Assembly: GCA_031403955.1 (NCBI GenBank)
Contig: JANNGR010000583.1
Location: forward strand, 3,865 to 67,864
Source: Betaproteobacteria bacterium
Lineage (GTDB): Bacteria > Pseudomonadota > Gammaproteobacteria > Burkholderiales > Burkholderiaceae_C
Reading direction: 5' to 3'
Length of the DNA: 64,000 nucleotides
Shown: in pieces, positions 57,952 to 64,000 of the stretch
How the letters are laid out: each line of letters begins with the position of its first letter
Numbering within the stretch: position 1 is the first letter of the stretch
Program-made: the position numbers and the translations under genes
Notes under the pieces: model-generated
What the model was told of the DNA's origin: nothing
Databases searched by the model: none
The model's input: the letters and a program-made list of their open reading frames with translations, nothing else

Positions 57952-58087
57952 GGCTTGCGTCCCGGAGTTGTGGCAGCGGATTTTACGTCTCGCGGCGGTA
58001 CCCAACGCGGTGTTGCGCAGGCGTGATTTTTCATCCGGTATCGGGCCTGATCCTGCATACTAGGCGCTTCACCCGCAGGAGCGAGAG

Positions 58088-58687
58088 ATGAAGAATTCTG
58101 GCGCCACGCCCAGCCCGGTTGTGCCGGGCAAGTATTTCGTGTTTGTCGAGCGCCTGGTGCAGGAGCAGTACCAGACATTGGTCGTCGACGCTGACTCGGA
58201 AAGCGACGCACGCGACAAGGCATTGGCTATGTTCTTCGCCGGTTCGGTGGCGTATATGAGCTGCACCCAGATCGAGCCACCGACAACCCGGGTCAGGCCG
58301 ATGCGGGAGAAACACTTGCGCAAGGCCGAAGCCAGAGACAAGTTGCAGGACCCGGAACTGGACTTCCGGACCTCCGAGCGCTTCATCGGCGACAGCGCGG
58401 AAATGGTCCAGCCAGCCGGTTTTTTTCCCGGCACCCGGCCGTCACCGGTAACCCGCGCACAGGCTCGCGTGTTGTGCCAGAATTTTGACGCCAGCGGGCA
58501 TTCCAACCACAGCGGTCAAGGCACGACGTTGTGGGTCATCCTGGAACATTGCGCGGGCGCCGACATCGCCTACAACCTGCATGCGTTGCCCGGCCTGGGT
58601 TACTACGTTGAACGCTACAAGTCGGTGAGTGACGGGCTGGCGCTTCGCATGTCGGTGGAAACCGTCTTCGGATCACCACCGGATTGA
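58088..58687 (+). CDS. Hypothetical protein (orphan)
   Basis: 199-aa ORF with AGGAG upstream of the ATG and a protein-like composition; no family confidently recognised. Confidence 0.6.
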   Translation: MKNSGATPSPVVPGKYFVFVERLVQEQYQTLVVDADSESDARDKALAMFFAGSVAYMSCTQIEPPTTRVRPMREKHLRKAEARDKLQDPELDFRTSERFIGDSAEMVQPAGFFPGTRPSPVTRAQARVLCQNFDASGHSNHSGQGTTLWVILEHCAGADIAYNLHALPGLGYYVERYKSVSDGLALRMSVETVFGSPPD

Positions 58688-58767
58688 GCGGCGGCCGCCG
58701 GCCGGCCCGGATTACGTGCCTGGGCCCGGTGAGACAATCGAAGGTTGTTCCTTACCCGCGTGTTGCC

Positions 58768-59523
58768 ATGAGCGAAACGGCTCCTGAAATCTCAATTGTT
58801 GTGCCGGTCCATAACGAATCACGCAACGTCTTGCCCCTGCTGACCCAGATCGAGGCCGCGCTGACGGGTACGGCGCGCTTCGAAGCTGTTTTTGTCGACG
58901 ATTGCAGCAACGACGACACGGCGCGCGTGCTGGCCGAATATGCGCAGTCCCATCCCTGGCTGGTGGTGCTGCGGCACCGTAACAATTGTGGCCAAAGCAC
59001 GGCTGTGCGCACCGGCGTGCGTGAGGCGCGCGGCCTGGTGGTCGCAACGCTGGACGGCGACGGTCAGAACGACCCGGCCGATATTCCGGCTCTGCTGGCG
59101 CGCTGGCGCGAACTGCGGCAAACCGGAACGCCGCCACCGGTGCTGATCGCCGGCTGGCGGGCCAAGCGGCGCGATACCTGGATCCGCCGCCTGTCTTCGC
59201 GTATTGCGAACCGGGTGCGGGGCGCGCTGCTGGGTGACGCGACGCCCGATAGCGGTTGTGGCCTGAAGCTGTTTGGGCGCGATGATTTCCTCGCGTTGCC
59301 ATACTTCGACCATATGCACCGTTTCTTGCCGGCCTTGGTGCGGCGCGCCGGTGGCACGGTCGAATCGGTACCGGTTGCGCACCGGCCGCGCGAGCATGGC
59401 CTATCGCATTACGGCATCCACAACCGCTTGTGGGTCGGCCTGGTGGACATGCTCGGTGTAATCTGGTTACAGCGGCGCGCGCGCGTGCCGGTGGTTGAAC
59501 GCTTGATGGTGAAGGAACAGTGA
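58768..59523 (+). CDS. GT2 polyprenyl-phosphate glycosyltransferase (ArnC/Dpm1-like)
   Basis: 'ISIVVPVHNE', 'VDDCSND', 'GQSTA', 'LDGDGQNDP', 'DSGCGLK', 'HRFLP'. Confidence 0.92.
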   Translation: MSETAPEISIVVPVHNESRNVLPLLTQIEAALTGTARFEAVFVDDCSNDDTARVLAEYAQSHPWLVVLRHRNNCGQSTAVRTGVREARGLVVATLDGDGQNDPADIPALLARWRELRQTGTPPPVLIAGWRAKRRDTWIRRLSSRIANRVRGALLGDATPDSGCGLKLFGRDDFLALPYFDHMHRFLPALVRRAGGTVESVPVAHRPREHGLSHYGIHNRLWVGLVDMLGVIWLQRRARVPVVERLMVKEQ

Positions 59524-59801
59524 TGGAAATCGATAAAACCTGGTTGGTGGTGGGCCTGATTGGGCAGGCACTTTTTTCGGCGCGTTTTTTCGTGCAATGG
59601 CTGCACAGCGAGAAAGTGAAGAAAAGCGTGATTCCGACGGCCTTCTGGTATTTCAGCGTTGCCGGTGGGGTCACGTTGCTGGCTTACGCGATCCACCGGC
59701 GTGATCCGGTTTTTATCATCGGTCAGGGCGCCGGGCTATTCATCTACTTTCGCAATCTGCAGTTCGTCTGGCGTGATTACGTCAAGCGCCGCCAAGGCTG
59801 A
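59523..59801 (+). CDS. Lipid-A-disaccharide synthase N-terminal (LAB_N) domain membrane protein
   Basis: 'GQALFSARFFVQWL.SE..KKSVIP..FWYFS', 'RDPVFIIGQ'. Confidence 0.9.
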   Translation: MEIDKTWLVVGLIGQALFSARFFVQWLHSEKVKKSVIPTAFWYFSVAGGVTLLAYAIHRRDPVFIIGQGAGLFIYFRNLQFVWRDYVKRRQG

Positions 59802-59820
59802 GTTGCCTGAGACAGTCGCC

Positions 59821-61572
59821 ATGACCGCCATCTTGCCGCTGGCAAATCCGGCCACCAGCAGTGCCGACCGGCGGCAGTTCTGGCTGCTGATGCTGGCGGC
59901 GCTGGTGGTGCTCGGCGCGGGGATCGGGCTGCGGGACCCATGGCCATCGGATGAGCCACGTTTCACCTTGGTTGCCAAGCAAATGGTCGAGTCGGGCGAC
60001 TGGTTGTTTCCACATCGCGGCAGCGAGTTGTATTCGGACAAACCGCCCATGTTGATGTGGTTCGAAGCGGCTCTTTACCAGTTGCTCGGCAACTGGCGCG
60101 TCGCCTTCTTGTTGCCGTCGCTGCTGGCTGGCCTGGTGACACTGGCGCTCACCTGGGATATCGGGCGGCGCTTGTGGAGCCCGCGTGTGGGGCTGTTGGC
60201 GGCGGTGGCGGTATTGACCACCTTTCAGTTTGCCTACCAGGTCAAGCGCGCCCAGATTGACCCATTGGTGATGGCCATGGTGACGTTGGCGAATTGGGGG
60301 TTGTTGCTGCATTTCTTGCGCGGACCGAACTGGCGCGCCTACTGGTTGGGCTGTTTTGCCGCCGGACTCGGCGTCATAACCAAGGCCGTCGGCGTGCTGG
60401 CCTTGCTGATGTTCGTGCCGTACCTGTTTGCCTGTTGGCGCCGCTGGGACGGCGTGTCTTACCCTGCTGGTTGCGTGATGCGCTGGGCCGGCGGCGCGCT
60501 CGCGTTCATGGCGGCCATCGCGTTGTGGCTGGTCCCTATGCTGCTGGTGGCGCAGGCGCGTGGTGGCCCGGAATACGAAGCCTACGTCAACGACATCCTG
60601 CTGCGGCAAACTGCCCAACGTTACACCGGCGCCGTGGGGGGCCACGCGCAGCCATTTTGGTATTACCTGCCGGTGTTGCTGTTCCATTTTTTTCCGATGT
60701 CGCTGGCGTATGTGAGCGCGTGGCGCGATTGGTGGCAGGCATTGAAATCGGGCGACTCGCGTTTGCTGCTGCTGCTGGCTTGGTGCGTGCTGGTGATCAC
60801 TTTTTTCAGCATTGCCGGTGGCAAGCGCGAGGTCTATCTGATGCCGGTGTTGCCGATGTTGGCGTTGGCGCTGGCGCCGACACTGGAGCGCATTGCCGGG
60901 GCGCGCTGGTTGCGTCACACTGCTTTCGCCTGTACGTTGCTGTTCGGCATGGCACTGGTGGGCGGCGGCATCTGGGCGCTGCAGGGTCACTGGACCAGCA
61001 TGAACACCATGGTGGCCGAGCGTGAACTCGCCCAGGGCGGGCGCGGCTTGTGGTGGATGGTCATCACACTTGGCGCTGTGTTCGCCGCGTCTGCGATTGC
61101 CTTTCGCCCGCGGCGTGGTCTGCACGCGTTATTGGTCGGCACCGCTGGCTTCTGGATTGTCTGGGGCTTTTGGGCATCGCCGTTGCTCAACGACTCCAAT
61201 TCGGCCGCCGGCGTGATGCGACGGGCGGGCCAGATCGCCGGGCCGGACGCGCAAATTGGCATGGTGGCCTGGAAGGAGCAGAACCTTCTGATGGCTGACC
61301 GGCCGATGAAGGATTTCGGCTTCCTAAAGCCGTGGCCGCAACAGTTCATTGACGCCACCCGCTGGCAGTCCGACGCGCCGGGACAGCGCTGGATATTCGG
61401 CTTGCGGGAAGCGGTCAAGCCGTGTGTGGATCGCTCGAAAGTGATCATTGCGGGTTACGCCAACCGGCGCCAATGGTGGATGTTTCGCGCCGACGCCGTA
61501 GTGCCCAATTGCGTGCCGAAAATCGCTGGCCCCGACGACAACGCGGACGCGGCTGAAGCGTCAGGCAATTGA
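59821..61572 (+). CDS. ArnT-family (GT-C) glycosyltransferase
   Basis: 'DEPRF', 'YSDKPP', 'RLPS'-like 'FLLPS', 'AQID', 'TKAV', 'KR..YLMP'. Confidence 0.9.
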   Translation: MTAILPLANPATSSADRRQFWLLMLAALVVLGAGIGLRDPWPSDEPRFTLVAKQMVESGDWLFPHRGSELYSDKPPMLMWFEAALYQLLGNWRVAFLLPSLLAGLVTLALTWDIGRRLWSPRVGLLAAVAVLTTFQFAYQVKRAQIDPLVMAMVTLANWGLLLHFLRGPNWRAYWLGCFAAGLGVITKAVGVLALLMFVPYLFACWRRWDGVSYPAGCVMRWAGGALAFMAAIALWLVPMLLVAQARGGPEYEAYVNDILLRQTAQRYTGAVGGHAQPFWYYLPVLLFHFFPMSLAYVSAWRDWWQALKSGDSRLLLLLAWCVLVITFFSIAGGKREVYLMPVLPMLALALAPTLERIAGARWLRHTAFACTLLFGMALVGGGIWALQGHWTSMNTMVAERELAQGGRGLWWMVITLGAVFAASAIAFRPRRGLHALLVGTAGFWIVWGFWASPLLNDSNSAAGVMRRAGQIAGPDAQIGMVAWKEQNLLMADRPMKDFGFLKPWPQQFIDATRWQSDAPGQRWIFGLREAVKPCVDRSKVIIAGYANRRQWWMFRADAVVPNCVPKIAGPDDNADAAEASGN

Positions 61573-61601
61573 ACCAGTGATTGGGAGTAGGCGCGATTCC
61601 A

Positions 61602-62093
61602 ATGAAGACGCTGTTGATCGTCTACCACTCGATGACCGGCGGCGCCGAGCAGATGAGTCGTGCCGCGGCGCAGGGTGCGTCCGATGAAGCGTCGGTGCAG
61701 GTCAGGTTGTTGCGCGCCGTGGACGCTGGGCCGGCGGATGTGTTGTCGGCCGATGGTTACATCTTCGCGACACCCGAGAACCTGGCGGCGATGTCCGGAC
61801 TGATGAAGGATTTTTTCGACCGTACCTACTACGCTGCGCTGGACCGCATCAATGGCCGGCCCTACGCGACGCTGGTGTGCGCCGGCAGCGACGGCCAGAA
61901 CGCGGTGCGGCAGCTCGAGCGCATCGCCACCGGATGGCGATTGAAGGCGGTGGCCCCGGCGCTGATAGTGTGTACGCATGCCCAGACGCCGCAGGAGATT
62001 CTGCGAGCCAAGCGGATCAAGGCGCAGGACCTGGAGCAGTGCCGCGAGATCGGTGCCGCGATGGCGGCGGGCATCGCACTGGGCGTGTTTTGA
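61602..62093 (+). CDS. Flavodoxin-like (WrbA-related) protein
   Basis: 'LIVYHSMTG', 'FATPENLAAMSG.MKDFFDR'. Confidence 0.88.
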   Translation: MKTLLIVYHSMTGGAEQMSRAAAQGASDEASVQVRLLRAVDAGPADVLSADGYIFATPENLAAMSGLMKDFFDRTYYAALDRINGRPYATLVCAGSDGQNAVRQLERIATGWRLKAVAPALIVCTHAQTPQEILRAKRIKAQDLEQCREIGAAMAAGIALGVF

Positions 62094-62415
62094 CGAGAAC
62101 CAGCTCGGCGAAGTCGGCGGCAAACGCAAGCTCGCGCGCAAGCTACGATGGTTCCCGAGTACACGAAGCGCTGGGTGTCAGTAAGCGCGGCGAGCAAATT
62201 CCCTAGGTGGCGCAATGACCTCCTGTCGCCGGTTCTTTTGCCACAACATAAACCAGCTCGCGCAAGAACTTGACGGATGGATCCCCGGCCACTCTGGCCG
62301 GGCACTGCTAACGACGCGACCTGCGTAGGATTCGAAGCCACTAGCCGTGCCGCGTTCGACGCAACCATGGCGCGGCTGCGCAAGCGGGACTGAATCCCGT
62401 GCCAGCAACGGACGA

Positions 62416-62982
62416 TCAGAGAAAAAAGCGGCGCGTGAAGGAAATGGTCAGCGTACCAGCCCCATTGGGCGTGGACGTGGAAGTGGTCATGGGACTGGAG
62501 GAAGCTGCGACCCCGTTTGCGAGCGCTGCTTTTCCAGCGGGCTTCAATACCAAGGACCAGGGCTTTGGGCATTTCGTTTTTGGGGTCGCGGGAAGCCCAC
62601 GAATGGCTGCCTCCACGTGCGCAATCAAAGCGTCGACGGTGGACAGGACGGTGTCACGTTTCAAAGGCGAGTCCGATTCCAGGTGCCCTTCCTCGTAGCG
62701 CGCTTGATGCGCGTAAATGGTGAACTCATCAGTTCCCCAGAACGCCGCTACGTCAGCCCCCGCATCACTCAAGAGGACCAGAAGTCAATTAATGTGATGG
62801 CTATGCGGGTAGGTCATCCCAAGCGCGCACATCCAGGCCTTTAGGGCTTTTTCAATTGCCTGTTGGGCATGGAACCCGAAAATCTCGTCGGCGAACACCG
62901 AAACGTCCCGCATGCCATGCAGGGCCGTCCGATCGCGATGCGCCATGCGCACCATGGCATCGGTCTGCTTAATGTCAGACAT
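62416..62982 (-). pseudogene. HEPN domain protein with an in-frame TGA at 62785-62787
   Basis: 'FHAQQAIEKALKA...YPHSHHIN*LLVLLSDAG...YAHQARY'; the same frame continues after the stop; the tail after 'VEAAI' looks non-homologous. Confidence 0.8.
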
Positions 62983-63304
62983 GCAGTACTATGCCTTCGC
63001 GGTTGACTCTGCCGACGACATGGTTGGGGGAGTCTTTCCAATATTCAAACTCATCCTTGCTGTACAAAAGGATGTCCTTGGCAAAAGGAAAATCCCGCAG
63101 GGCCATGGAAAGACGCGAATACTCGGCGCGTCTGCTTCGCTGGGCGGAAAACGGCTCATGCTCCACCACCATCAAATCAACATCGGAGTCCGCGCGAGCG
63201 TCTCCACGCGCTTGGGAGCCGAACAGAATTACAGTGTCAGGTGCAGCTTCCCGCACGATGACCCGCACCAGCTGATCGATGGTTTCTTGAGATATGAACC
63301 GCAT
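62975..63304 (-). CDS. Minimal nucleotidyltransferase (MNT)
   Basis: 'VILFGSQARGDARADSDVDL', 'DILLY', 'REGIVL'; AGGAGG RBS; 8-nt overlap with the HEPN start. Confidence 0.9.
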   Translation of the reverse strand: MRFISQETIDQLVRVIVREAAPDTVILFGSQARGDARADSDVDLMVVEHEPFSAQRSRRAEYSRLSMALRDFPFAKDILLYSKDEFEYWKDSPNHVVGRVNREGIVLHV

Positions 63305-63529
63305 GGCGTCCTCCTGCAACGCCTGCATATTATTGCTTGGGGTTGAGGTTGTCCCGCTGCCTCGAGCACCTAAATCCGATTCCACGCAGAGCGAGTTGCT
63401 GCGCGGCGTCTTGCGCCTGCAGTGCTTGCACCACGGCATCATGTCGCGTTCCATGTTAACGAGCGGCTCGTACAGAGCCAGCTCGACGCGGTGGCCCGGG
63501 ACCAACTCTCCAGGTGTTTGGCCACCGCT

Positions 63530-64000
63530 GTCGCCGACTACGGCCAACTGATCGTCGACGAGTGCCATCACCTCCCCGCGCAGAGCTTCGAGCAGGTGGC
63601 GCGCCGGACTAAGGCACGGTTCGTCGCCCGGTTGGCCGCAGGACGTGCCCCTGCCCACCGAGCCTGCATGGAAGCGCGACTACTCGGGCAGTGTGCGCAG
63701 ACTGGTCGCGGACGGCGTGGACACGGCGCAAGCGAGCGCCGCCGGGCCGCCCCAAGGCGCGAGGGCCCCCTCGGGGGGCAGCGCAGTCCACGCAGTGACA
63801 AGCGTGGGGGCCATGTTCCCGAGCCTTTTCGTCCACTTCGCCCGGCCGCTGGCGTCCGACGCCGAGGGCGCGGACCGGGCGCGTGCGCGAGCTAAGCCTT
63901 CCTGTACCGCCGTTTCGAGACCTTGCCGCAAACGCGGGGACGTTTCCGCCTCAACGCCGTGCTGCCGATCGCATTCGATGGCCAGGGGCAACTGGAAGTC
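63530..64000 (+). pseudogene. Decayed SF2 (DExH) helicase / C-terminal endonuclease gene, continuing past the window edge
   Basis: 'ADYGQLIVDECHHL.AQSFEQVARR.KARFV' (63530-63625), then in another frame 'GWPQDVPLP.EPAWKRDY..SVRRL..DGVD', then after a frameshift and TAA (63893-63895) 'FLYRRFETLP.TRGRFRLN..LPI.FDG.G.LEV'. Confidence 0.7.
63741..63815 (+). repeat. Palindromic element inserted in frame in the helicase remnant
   Basis: GGGCCGCCCCAAGG..GGCCCCCTCGGGGGGCAGCG..AGCGTGGGGGCC; translates as GPPQGARAPSGGSAVHAVTSVGA. Confidence 0.65.

Noticed and set aside
62320-62350. Reverse-strand GCTTCGAATCC as a tRNA 3' end or att site
   Set aside because: The stem has a mismatch next to the loop and there is no acceptor strand or CCA; too weak to call.
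62094-62415. Short ORF-like stretches after the flavodoxin gene
   Set aside because: They look like decayed coding debris, but no frame gives a motif I can name, so no feature is called.
62785-62787. TGA in HEPN as a Sec recoding site
   Set aside because: The position corresponds to a helix residue (likely Arg) in a non-redox fold; a C-to-T nonsense change is simpler.

Overview
GC-rich betaproteobacterial chromosome segment whose gene content suggests Comamonadaceae (inference). It has a housekeeping backbone: ubiJ-ubiB, aspS-nudB, clsB-folE, moeB-ctpA-gpmA, grxC-secB-gpsA, scpA, metG, apbC, radC, ispH and serS. Four accessory blocks interrupt it. (1) 12.0-21.8 kb: a group IIC intron 3' relic and a MAPEG gene, then an AraC/EutR-type regulator divergent from an operon of class III aminotransferase, TTT transporter (TctC/B/A), HDAC-like deacylase and amidase; the amidase has an in-frame TAG. 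This is the best candidate for an undescribed system, possibly N-acyl-amine or acetylpolyamine uptake and catabolism. (2) 29.2-38.0 kb: a six-gene Hyf-like membrane complex whose large subunit lacks all NiFe-binding cysteines (Ehr type), followed by a degenerate PAS-GGDEF gene and a broken HEPN-MNT pair. (3) 42.8-50.4 kb: REP-like and heptamer repeats, then an OFA antiporter, a two-subunit NAD-linked formate dehydrogenase and fdhD. (4) 57.7-64 kb: a GST fragment, an orphan ORF, a GT2/LAB_N/ArnT lipid A-modification triad, and a decayed edge (MNT plus nonsense-broken HEPN, and a helicase-endonuclease pseudogene with an in-frame palindromic insert). No rRNA, tRNA or CRISPR array could be supported. 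All family calls come from motif recognition by eye; no database was searched, and start codons are best guesses.
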